The notes beneath the pieces were generated by a model. The model saw only the letters and a list, made by a program, of their open reading frames with translations. It searched no databases and was not told where the DNA came from. A stretch of DNA of 32,295 nt from Planctomycetota bacterium. Its GTDB lineage: Bacteria; Planctomycetota; UBA11346. The stretch is from assembly GCA_044352625.1 (NCBI GenBank), contig JBILDK010000001.1, forward strand, positions 1 through 32,295, in the 5' to 3' direction. The position numbers were made by a program, and so were the translations under genes. Positions 9,946 through 16,915 of the stretch are shown one piece after another (the first letter of the stretch is position 1; every line of letters starts with the position of its first letter).

Positions 9946-10986
9946 TTAGCGGGGAGCGGGATCTGGCATCGCGCGAAGCAAAACCTCGGCCGTCACCGGG
10001 CGTAGGCAGATGTTGTCGCGGCAGCGTTTGAAGGCCGGGGTGCCGAGGCAGAACTGGCAGGACGCTGAGCCGACGGCGAGGGCGCAGGGACCCGTGCCGC
10101 GCGGAGCGTAGAGCGCGGGATCCGAGGGACCGAACACGGTGAGCAGCGGGCAGCCCACCGCCGCGGCGATGTGCGCCGGGCCGGTGTCCACCGAGGCGCA
10201 GCCGGAACAGGCAGCGAGAAATGCTGCGAGTTGGCCGAGGGGCACCGCGCCGGTGCGATCATGGAGGCGTGGGCGATGGCGCGGATCGGCGCTGGCGATG
10301 ATCGCCTGGGCCTCGCCGCGTTCGGCCGCAGTGCCGAGCAGCACCACCGCATCGGCTCGGCCCTGGTCGAGCAGTCCTCCGGCGAACGCGGCCCACGTCG
10401 CCGGGGGTAGGCCCTTGAGGTTCGGCCGGCGGCGGAAGAAGCGATTGGTGAGCGACGAGCCCGCTTGGATCGCTACCACGCGCCGACCCAGGCCGGTCAC
10501 AGTTGCCTGCGCCGTTGCCAGGGCGTCGGCATCGACATCGAGGCGCGGGCACGGCTCATCGCCGTCATCCACCAGGCCGGCGGCGCGGCCGGCGGCGAGG
10601 AACTGGTCGCTGGTGTGAGTGCCGGAGGCGAAACCGGTGAGCGTGAGTTCGCGCACCGGCACCGCGCCGCGCCAGCCATCGATCCAGCGGCGCACCACCG
10701 GCCGATCGGCAAAGGTGAGGACCTCGCGGTAGCTACGCGCAACCAGCTGCGCTCCGAGCTGTCGCCGCGGACCGCCAGCGAGCCAGTCCTTCCACCCGGC
10801 GGCATTGGGCTGGGCCAGGGTGTGGATGTCCGCCAACCACGGCTGACGCCCGAGCAGCGGCCGCGCCCAGGGCCGTGCCAGCAGCTCAACCGGCCCGCGC
10901 ACGGCGCATGCGCGAAGGAACGGGGTGAGCATCACCAGGTCGCCAACCCGAGCGAAGAAGACGACGAGGCGCGGGGCAGCACTCAC
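9946..10986 (-). CDS. glycosyltransferase family 9 (heptosyltransferase-like)
   Basis: N-terminal LVVFFARVGDLVMLTPFLRA and C-terminal DTGPAHIAAAVGCPLLTVFGPSDP are typical GT9 motifs. The GTG at 10986 overlaps the upstream stop as GTGA. The track ORF runs to 11010. Confidence 0.85.
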   Translation of the reverse strand: MSAAPRLVVFFARVGDLVMLTPFLRACAVRGPVELLARPWARPLLGRQPWLADIHTLAQPNAAGWKDWLAGGPRRQLGAQLVARSYREVLTFADRPVVRRWIDGWRGAVPVRELTLTGFASGTHTSDQFLAAGRAAGLVDDGDEPCPRLDVDADALATAQATVTGLGRRVVAIQAGSSLTNRFFRRRPNLKGLPPATWAAFAGGLLDQGRADAVVLLGTAAERGEAQAIIASADPRHRPRLHDRTGAVPLGQLAAFLAACSGCASVDTGPAHIAAAVGCPLLTVFGPSDPALYAPRGTGPCALAVGSASCQFCLGTPAFKRCRDNICLRPVTAEVLLRAMPDPAPR

Positions 10987-11336
10987 TCCTTCATGCCCCC
11001 GGCGATCCACAGGCGTAGGATGGCGATCTGTTCGGCGGTCAGGGGCTCGCCCTTGGGTGGCATGCGTTCACCGTCGTCAACGGGTAGCGAGACCAGTTTG
11101 AGCAGGACGCTGGATTCGGGTTTGCCCGCTTCGGCCACGGGGCCCTCGTCAGAGCCTTTGAGCACCGCTGCTAGGGAGTCGAGGCGCAGCGCCGCCTTGG
11201 CTTTTTCTGGGCCGTGGCACTTGACGCAGCGTTCAGTGAGGATCGGTTGAACGTCTGTGTGAAAGGCTGGAACGGGACCTGCTTCGACGGCACAGGCCAT
11301 CGCGCCGAGCATCAGTAGCGGGATTGCTGCCAGCAT
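10983..11336 (-). CDS. small secreted mono-heme c-type cytochrome-like protein (PSCyt1-type CxxCH domain)
   Basis: Signal peptide MLAAIPLLMLGAMACAVEA, then FHTDVQPILTERCVKCHGPEKAKAALRLDS. This is the heme-binding CxxCH context typical of the Planctomycete cytochrome c domain. Confidence 0.75.
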   Translation of the reverse strand: MLAAIPLLMLGAMACAVEAGPVPAFHTDVQPILTERCVKCHGPEKAKAALRLDSLAAVLKGSDEGPVAEAGKPESSVLLKLVSLPVDDGERMPPKGEPLTAEQIAILRLWIAGGMKE

Positions 11337-11992
11337 AATGCACCTCCGGAATTGTCAGGGTTGACGAAGACGAAGACCACTCCGCCGTCGCCGAGCTTGA
11401 GGTCCACAAGGTCGCCAGCGATGCGGTGATGGAACGTCAGCGGGCGGCCGCACAGGCCCTCAACATCGATGGGTGCATTCGCCCACAGCGGGAATCCGCC
11501 GCTTTTCGTGCAGTCGCAACCCAACTCATCGACCATGTCCACCCATGCGTCGCTCGCCGCGACATCAAGGCCGGTGGGATCCACATCGAGGTCCACGGGC
11601 TCGTTGATGGCTGCGCCATAGCACACCTTGGCGCCTTTCCAGTCGCCGGGACAGACGCCGTTGATGATCGAGAGATGGACCTCGCTGCGCGGGACCACGG
11701 CTACGAGGTTGTCGCCTTTGTGCGGTTGCGCGTCGAAGGTCTCGGCCGGATCAGAGCGGTCCATGAACGCCAATACCATCAGATCGGAATCTGGGGCGAG
11801 CGGCAGCGCCGACACCAAAGCCATGGTTTTTCCCGTGCGTTTACCCACCGGATGCGGGAAGCCACGCTTGACGTGGCCCCCGATCTGGCCGATGGCGTGC
11901 TGGGGGTTGGGGGCACGCACCAGGGTTCGACTGTGCCGCGCAGTGATCGCTTCGCTCATGTCCACAGCGTGCAACACCGGCAGGTACTGCAA
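11312..11992 (-). CDS. hypothetical protein, possibly DUF1963/YwqG-like
   Basis: The C-terminal part SGGFPLWANAPIDVEGLCGRPLTFHHRI...LGDGGVVFVFVNPD resembles the GGxPxW...CG...gDxGxxxvF pattern of DUF1963, recalled from memory and not searched. The start is uncertain (ATG 11992 or ATG 11824). The 3' end overlaps the next gene by 25 nt. Confidence 0.5.
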   Translation of the reverse strand: MQYLPVLHAVDMSEAITARHSRTLVRAPNPQHAIGQIGGHVKRGFPHPVGKRTGKTMALVSALPLAPDSDLMVLAFMDRSDPAETFDAQPHKGDNLVAVVPRSEVHLSIINGVCPGDWKGAKVCYGAAINEPVDLDVDPTGLDVAASDAWVDMVDELGCDCTKSGGFPLWANAPIDVEGLCGRPLTFHHRIAGDLVDLKLGDGGVVFVFVNPDNSGGALCWQQSRY

Positions 11993-12084
11993 CCCGTCGC
12001 CTGCGAATTCCAGCAGGAAAAATGTTGCGGAGTGGCAGATGAGTTGCTAAACGTGCCATATCACCCCTACGAGGAGAATCTTCC

Positions 12085-12282
12085 ATGCCCGCAGCCAAAA
12101 AGGCAGCCGCCGCCAAGAAGCCCGTCACCAAGAAGGTCGTCGCCGCCAAGAAGGTCGTCGCCGCCAAGAAGCCGGTCGCAGCTAAGAAGGTTGTTGCCAA
12201 GAAGGCTGCACCCAAGGCTGCACCCAAGGCTGCACCCAAGGCCGCTGCCAAGAAGGCTGCGCCCAAGAAGGCCGCCAAGTAA
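12085..12282 (+). CDS. histone H1-like Lys/Ala-rich basic protein (65 aa)
   Basis: Strong RBS GAGGAG 8 nt before the ATG. The protein consists of AKK/KKAA/PKAA repeats. The DNA has tandem repeats AAGAAGGTCGTCGCCGCC x2 (12130-12165) and AAGGCTGCACCC x3 (12202-12237). A hairpin follows. Confidence 0.8.
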   Translation: MPAAKKAAAAKKPVTKKVVAAKKVVAAKKPVAAKKVVAKKAAPKAAPKAAPKAAAKKAAPKKAAK

Positions 12283-12314
12283 TCTGATTTCAGCTGTCGA
12301 TTCATCGGCCCGAT

Positions 12315-12345
12315 GCGCACCCCGACGGTCTCCGCCGGGGTGCGC
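12315..12345 (+). terminator. hairpin downstream of the H1-like gene
   Basis: GCGCACCCCG-N11-CGGGGTGCGC (10-bp perfect stem), 33 nt after the stop. The U-tract is weak (ATTGTGGGCTT). Confidence 0.5.
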
Positions 12346-12708
12346 GCATTGTGGGCTTCGCGGGTCTGTACAGCGGGAGCTGACGGTTCTCGGTCGCGCT
12401 TCAAAAACAATCTGACGGTGTGTCGAGGTGGATGCGAAGCGAAGCGCTGTAGTGTGACGTGCATGGATCGGTGATCCGGTCGTCGCCCGTGGGAGTGCAT
12501 CGTCCCCACGTCCGGCCCGCGCCACTAGATGTTGGTGGTGAAAATGGTGGAAGGCAGGCAGGAGTGGCGGGCGGCGGTGAGAAATCGCGCGGCGGCGCCA
12601 GGTTGGGAGGCCTGGGTACCGCTAGCGTTGGAGAGAAATTTCTATCCGTGTCCGGGCTGGCCAGATTGCAGCCTGTGCAAATGGCGAGACACGCTGGCCA
12701 CACAAAGC

Positions 12709-12735
12709 TGAACGCTGGCCATAAGCCAGCGTTCA
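12709..12735 (-). terminator. hairpin downstream of rplY/ctc
   Basis: TGAACGCTGGC-CATAA-GCCAGCGTTCA (11-bp perfect stem), 48 nt after the minus-strand stop at 12783. It is followed on the minus strand by GCTTTGTGTGG. Confidence 0.6.
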
Positions 12736-12782
12736 AGCTACCCACTCGATGTGACGAGGAACTGAGCCGGACCTGCTCCAGG

Positions 12783-13505
12783 TCACTTCTTCTTGGGGTC
12801 GGCAGCCTTTGCAGGAGTCGGGGCAGCCGCGCCGGGCTTGCCCGCAGCGCCCTTGCCGGTGGCAGCCTTGGCGTCGCCCGCAGGGGCGGCACCGGCGGCA
12901 GGAGTCGCCCCTGCGGCGGCGGCAACTGCGGCGGCCTCATCGGCCTTCTTCATGCCGCGCGGAATGACCACGCTGAGCACCGGGGTCTTGGCGTTGGTCA
13001 CCATGCTCGAACCGGCGGGCATCTTCAACGACTTGGCGTAAACCGTCTGCATGATCTGTGTTTCGCCCAGGTCGAGCGCGATGGCGTCGGGAATGCTGCT
13101 GACCTTGCAACGCACACGCAGCTTGCGCAGGCTCTGTTCGATGATCCCGCCAGCTTTGACGCCGGGGCAGTTGCGCGCGTCGGGGACGATGGCCACATCG
13201 ACCGTGATCTCGCTCTTCTCGTCGACCTCGACCAGATCGATGTGCTGGATCGAGTCTTTGAGGCAGTCGACCACGATCTCACCTTTGAGCGCAATCATCG
13301 ACTCGTTGCCGATGGTGAACTTGCACAGGTGGACGACATTGGCGGCAAGGTGGCGGGCCTGCGCCTCATCCACGCTGACATGGGCGCTAGCCTTGCCCGG
13401 GCGGGAGATGGTCACCGGGACCTGTCCGGCGGTGCGGAGCTTGGCGGTGGCGTGGCCGCCCAGGGTGGCACGGGGCTTGGCGGTGTAGGTGTTGGTAGCG
13501 CTCAT
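12783..13505 (-). CDS. rplY: 50S ribosomal protein L25 / general stress protein Ctc, with an Ala/Lys/Pro-rich C-terminal tail
   Basis: N-terminal L25 fold signature (ATLGGHATAKLRTAGQVPVTISRPGK ... IQHIDLVEV ... VDVAIV ... GGIIEQSLRKLRVRC). It sits directly downstream of prs, the classical prs-ctc arrangement. Confidence 0.9.
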   Translation of the reverse strand: MSATNTYTAKPRATLGGHATAKLRTAGQVPVTISRPGKASAHVSVDEAQARHLAANVVHLCKFTIGNESMIALKGEIVVDCLKDSIQHIDLVEVDEKSEITVDVAIVPDARNCPGVKAGGIIEQSLRKLRVRCKVSSIPDAIALDLGETQIMQTVYAKSLKMPAGSSMVTNAKTPVLSVVIPRGMKKADEAAAVAAAAGATPAAGAAPAGDAKAATGKGAAGKPGAAAPTPAKAADPKKK

Positions 13506-13557
13506 GATGGACTCTTTCTCTCTGCGAAAGCTGAAAACCGGGCTTCCTGATTAGGCT

Positions 13558-14478
13558 CTACTTGAACAGCGAGCTTACGGATTGGTTGGTATGGATGCGG
13601 CGGATGGCCTCGGCCAGGAGGGGCGCCGTGGACAGGACCTTGATCGGGAGGGCTGCGAAGCGGTCCTTGAGCGGAATGGTGTCAGTGACCACCAGTTCGT
13701 CGAGCTGGGCGGAGGACAGCCGGTCATAGGCGTCCCCGCACAGCACCGCATGGGTCGCCATGGGATAGACCACCGTAGCGCCGAACTGACGCACCGTCTT
13801 GATCGCATTGGTCATGCTGCCGGCGGTGGTGATCATGTCATCGACCAGCAGCGCCGGACGCGCCCCGATCTCGCCGATGATGTTGGCCACCTCGGTCTTG
13901 CTGTCGCCCAGCCGCCGCTTGTCGATGATCGCCAGACGGGCACCAAGGGCCTTGGCGATCTTGTCTGCCAGCTTGATCGAGCCCGTGTCCGGGCTGACCA
14001 CCACTGGATCGGCAAGCTGAAGCGTCTGGATGTAATTGATCAGTACCGGGGTGGCGATGAGATGATCCACCGGGATGTCGAAAAAACCCTGGAGCTGCTG
14101 CGCGTGCAGATCAACGGTGAGGACCCGGTGGATGCCGGCGGTGGCGATGAGGTTGGCCACCAGCTTGGCGGTGATCGGCACCCGGCCCTCATGCTTGCGA
14201 TCCTGACGCGCATACCCGAAGTAGGGGATGACGGCGGTTATGCGCGCTGCGCTGGCTCGACGTAGGGCGTCGGTCATGACCAGCAGTTCCATCAGGAAAT
14301 CATTGCTGGTCGTAGGCTGCACCACAAACACGTCGGCACCGCGCACGTCTTCGTGGATCTGAACCTTGACCTCGCCATCCGGGAAGCGGCCACACGTCAT
14401 CTCACCCAGGGCCATGCCGAGCTGGTCGGCGATGGCCTGGGCGAGCGGCCGGTTGGCATTGCCGGAAAAAATGCGCAT
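13558..14478 (-). CDS. prs: ribose-phosphate pyrophosphokinase
   Basis: MRIFSGNANRPLAQAIADQLG, YFGYARQDRK, VVVSPDTGS and the PRPP loop LVDDMITTAGS. The ATG at 14478 matches the family N-terminus. The track ORF start at 14565 adds 29 unlikely residues. Confidence 0.95.
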   Translation of the reverse strand: MRIFSGNANRPLAQAIADQLGMALGEMTCGRFPDGEVKVQIHEDVRGADVFVVQPTTSNDFLMELLVMTDALRRASAARITAVIPYFGYARQDRKHEGRVPITAKLVANLIATAGIHRVLTVDLHAQQLQGFFDIPVDHLIATPVLINYIQTLQLADPVVVSPDTGSIKLADKIAKALGARLAIIDKRRLGDSKTEVANIIGEIGARPALLVDDMITTAGSMTNAIKTVRQFGATVVYPMATHAVLCGDAYDRLSSAQLDELVVTDTIPLKDRFAALPIKVLSTAPLLAEAIRRIHTNQSVSSLFK

Positions 14479-14652
14479 GGTGGGCGGACCAGGGACGGGG
14501 ATGCCAGAGGGGCGGGGCAGCATAGTGCGGATGCGGCGGGCGCAAGGGCGGGACAGGACGCCCACTGGGGGTTGCGGCCCCTGATCACTCCACGACCATT
14601 GAATGCTGACGGCTTCACCTCACCAGGCCGCGGAATCCTCGCCAGGACTGCA

Positions 14653-15135
14653 ATGATCAGCCAGACCGCCGAATACGCCTTGCGCGCCATTGTCTATCTG
14701 GCGGACCACCCCGACCAGGCGCATACGGCCGATTCCATTGCCCAGGGAACCAAGGTTCCGGTCGGATACCTGGCAAAGATCATGCAGGTTCTGGCCAAGG
14801 CTGGCCTGGTCAGCTCCCAGCGCGGGCTCTACGGAGGCTTCACGCTCAAACGCCCGGCTCGCGAACTGACCATCTATGACGTGGTGCAGTGCATCGATCC
14901 GATTTTTCGTATCCACTCCTGTCCGCTTGAACTCGCCGGCCATGAAAGCGGCCTATGCCAGCTGCATCGGACCCTTGATAACGCCATGGCCGCGTCTGAG
15001 CAGATATTCAAGAAGATGACCATCCAGCAGATGCTGGTCGAAGTGCAGAGCGCCTACCCGCTGTGTTCCTTCCCCCGCACCCCGGGCGGACTTGCGTCTG
15101 TGCAGCGCAAGCCGAAAGCGGACAAGACCGCATGA
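14653..15135 (+). CDS. Rrf2 family transcriptional regulator
   Basis: MISQTAEYALRAIVYLADHP...VPVGYLAKIMQVLAKAGLVSSQRGLYGGFTLKRP is a canonical Rrf2 wHTH. There are three Cys in the C-terminal half (QCIDP, HSCP, GLCQ). The ATG at 14653 is in frame within track ORF 14353..15135. Confidence 0.9.
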   Translation: MISQTAEYALRAIVYLADHPDQAHTADSIAQGTKVPVGYLAKIMQVLAKAGLVSSQRGLYGGFTLKRPARELTIYDVVQCIDPIFRIHSCPLELAGHESGLCQLHRTLDNAMAASEQIFKKMTIQQMLVEVQSAYPLCSFPRTPGGLASVQRKPKADKTA

Positions 15136-15177
15136 CCCTAAACCACGCAATGAGCCGTAGACTTCAGGCGGGGTTAA

Positions 15178-15265
15178 CAGGATGGGGAGGATGGGAAGGA
15201 TGGAATTCACCGGGACATTTGACGGCTTCATCCTCCCCATCATCCCCATCCTGTTCCTTTTTTCG
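15178..15265 (+). terminator. long-stem rho-independent terminator after the Rrf2 gene
   Basis: Arm CAGGATGGGGAGGATGGGAAGGATG (15178-15202) pairs with CATCCTCCCCATCATCCCCATCCTG (15229-15253) at 23/25. It is followed by TTCCTTTTTTCG. Confidence 0.75.
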
Positions 15266-15442
15266 AACTCACCCAGCGGGCGAGCGCGGAACATGCTCGA
15301 TAGCTCTGAATCAACGACGGATGCATGCCCCTTGGCCGAGTCCATTGCGTTTTTTAGGATAATCGGCCCGAAGCCCAGGTCGGCCGTGGTTCGGGGTTCG
15401 TTTCTGTCCCGGACATGAAATGCGGTAAATCTCGAAAGCCCA

Positions 15443-15519
15443 GTTGGTGGTTGGGGGACAGGACATTGACTGGGTCGCGACGCGCTGCGATGCAGTCCCT
15501 GACCACCAACCACGTTTTT
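15443..15519. terminator. hairpin with T5 tract on the + strand; also lies just downstream of the minus-strand PII stop (possible bidirectional terminator)
   Basis: GTTGGTGGT(TGGGG) at 15443-15456 pairs with (CCCTG)ACCACCAAC at 15497-15510. TTTTT is at 15515-19 on the + strand. On the minus strand it starts 15 nt after the stop at 15525 and is followed by CTTTCGAGATTT. Confidence 0.5.
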
Positions 15520-15524
15520 CAGGA

Positions 15525-15842
15525 TCAATAGTCCAGCGTGGTCTCAATCGCCGCGAGGAAGATCTTGCCATCGCCGATGCGGCCGGTGCGGGCGGTGCGG
15601 CAGACGAGTTCAACCAAGCGGTCGCGGTCGGCGCGGGCGATGATGCCGGTGATCACCACCTTGGGCAGGAAGTCGATGGCGTACTCGTCGCCGGCGTAAC
15701 TGTCGAGATGGCCCTTCTGGCGGCCGTAGCCGCGGCATTCCATGGCCGTCAGCTCCTCGATCAGGCCCTCGGCCAGGAGGCGTTGGCAGAGGGTCTCGGC
15801 GCGCTGCGGCCGAACCACGATGGTGGCGTGCAGGCGCTCCAT
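15525..15842 (-). CDS. P-II family signal-transduction protein (GlnB/GlnK-like, short C-terminus)
   Basis: 105 aa from the ATG at 15842. T-loop region GYGRQKGHLDSYAGDEYAIDFLPK and B-loop RTGRIGDGKIF match GlnB. The protein ends ...FLAAIETTLDY without the usual RIRTGE-type tail. The start is 4 nt after the accA stop. Confidence 0.85.
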   Translation of the reverse strand: MERLHATIVVRPQRAETLCQRLLAEGLIEELTAMECRGYGRQKGHLDSYAGDEYAIDFLPKVVITGIIARADRDRLVELVCRTARTGRIGDGKIFLAAIETTLDY

Positions 15843-15846
15843 GACA

Positions 15847-16818
15847 TTAGGCTGGGACCGCGACCGCCTCGCGCACCTCGCCGATGGCGCGGAACTTGGC
15901 GTAGCGGCGTTCCTGCATTTCATCCATGGTCAGGGCCTGCAATTCGCGCAGGTGGCGCAGAATCACATCCTTGAGCGCGGTGGCCATGGCGGCGGGCTGG
16001 CGATGGGCGCCGCCGGCGGGCTCCTCAACCACTTCATCGACAATGCCAAAGCGTTTGAGTTCGTGGCCGGTGAGCTTGAGACGTTCTGCGGCGAGGTCGC
16101 GCTTGGAGCCGTCCTTCCATAGGATGGCGGCGCAGCCTTCAGGGGAGATCACCGAGAAATAGCTGTTTTCGGGCATGATCATACGGTCGCCGATGCCGAT
16201 GCCCAGGGCCCCGCCGCTGCCGCCCTCGCCGATCACCACGATGATCACCGGGGTGCGTAGGGCAGCCATGTCGCGGATGTTCTCGGCGATGGCGATGGAC
16301 TGGCCGCGTTCTTCGGCCTCGACCCCTGGATAGGCGCCGGGGGTGTTGACCAGGCAGATGACCGGCAGGTTGAACTTTTCGGCCAGGCGCATCTTGAGCA
16401 TCGCCTTGCGGTAGCCCTCGGGATGAGGCATGCCGAAGTTGCAGCGCCGGCGTTCGTGAACGTCTTTGCCCTTTTGTTGGCCGATGAGCATCACGGGCTG
16501 ATCACCCAACCGACCGAGGCCACAAAGGATCGCCTCGTCGTCACCGAACATGCGATCGCCGGCCAATGGCACCCAATCCTCCAGCATCAGATCGACATAG
16601 TCCGAGGTCTGTGGGCGCAGGGGATGGCGCGACAGCTGCACCCGTTGCCAGGGGGTTAGTCCGGCGAAGATGCGGCGGCTTTCCTTGGCCCAGGTCCCGC
16701 GCAGCGAGGCGGCCTCGCGGGCGGTATCCACGCCGGTCGTGGCGGCGAGCTGTTCCAGCTCGGTGATCTTGTCTTCGAGCCGAACCAGGGGCTCCATGAA
16801 ATCGAACGGGTTGCTCAT
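15847..16818 (-). CDS. accA: acetyl-CoA carboxylase carboxyltransferase subunit alpha
   Basis: Collinear with E. coli AccA from memory: MSNPFDFMEPL..., HPLRPQTSDY, NFGMPHPEGYRKA, TPGAYPGVEAEERGQS, IGEGGSGGAL, VISPEGCAAILWKD. The ATG at 16818 matches the family N-terminus. Confidence 0.95.
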   Translation of the reverse strand: MSNPFDFMEPLVRLEDKITELEQLAATTGVDTAREAASLRGTWAKESRRIFAGLTPWQRVQLSRHPLRPQTSDYVDLMLEDWVPLAGDRMFGDDEAILCGLGRLGDQPVMLIGQQKGKDVHERRRCNFGMPHPEGYRKAMLKMRLAEKFNLPVICLVNTPGAYPGVEAEERGQSIAIAENIRDMAALRTPVIIVVIGEGGSGGALGIGIGDRMIMPENSYFSVISPEGCAAILWKDGSKRDLAAERLKLTGHELKRFGIVDEVVEEPAGGAHRQPAAMATALKDVILRHLRELQALTMDEMQERRYAKFRAIGEVREAVAVPA

Positions 16819-16915
16819 GGCGGGCAGGCTATGGGCCTGACCCGGCTTGGGAACCCGGCGGTCCAGGACCCCGTCCCCGCTTGTAGATCGGCGCTCTGCG
16901 CGATCATCCGCCGTC

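Noticed and set aside
9729-10031. Overlapping plus-strand ORFs (9729.., 9752.., 9757..) considered as a missing anti-sigma factor downstream of the ECF sigma
   Set aside because: All three frames are open simultaneously across the repeat array. The translations are Arg/Pro/Ala-rich with no TM helix or zinc-binding anti-sigma motif. They also run antisense into the GT9 gene.
11841-12525. Minus-strand ORFs 11841..12509 and 12067..12525, with repetitive LGA/FLAA translations
   Set aside because: They are the antisense reading of the Lys/Ala repeat gene at 12085-12282. Only the plus-strand version has a strong RBS, an ATG and a terminator.
12459-13550. 363-aa plus-strand ORF
   Set aside because: Mostly antisense to rplY/ctc. 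Its 5' part crosses the non-coding gap and both terminator hairpins.
14353-14652. N-terminal extensions offered by the ORF track (for example Rrf2 from 14353, prs to 14565, accA to 17010, carA from 23466, mtnA from 24685, PII to 15923)
   Set aside because: In each case an internal start reproduces the conserved family N-terminus, often with an RBS. The extension is Arg/Pro/Ala-rich and overlaps a neighbouring gene or intergenic region.
15333-15348. Sigma-54-like promoter TGGCCGAGTCCATTGC
   Set aside because: The GG-to-GC spacing is one nucleotide longer than the TGGCAC-N5-TTGC consensus, and the -24 element is imperfect. No obvious downstream gene.
15182-15418. 78-aa ORF MGRMGRMEF…
   Set aside because: Its start and first ~25 codons are the arms of the Rrf2 terminator hairpin. 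No RBS, and the composition is not coding-like.
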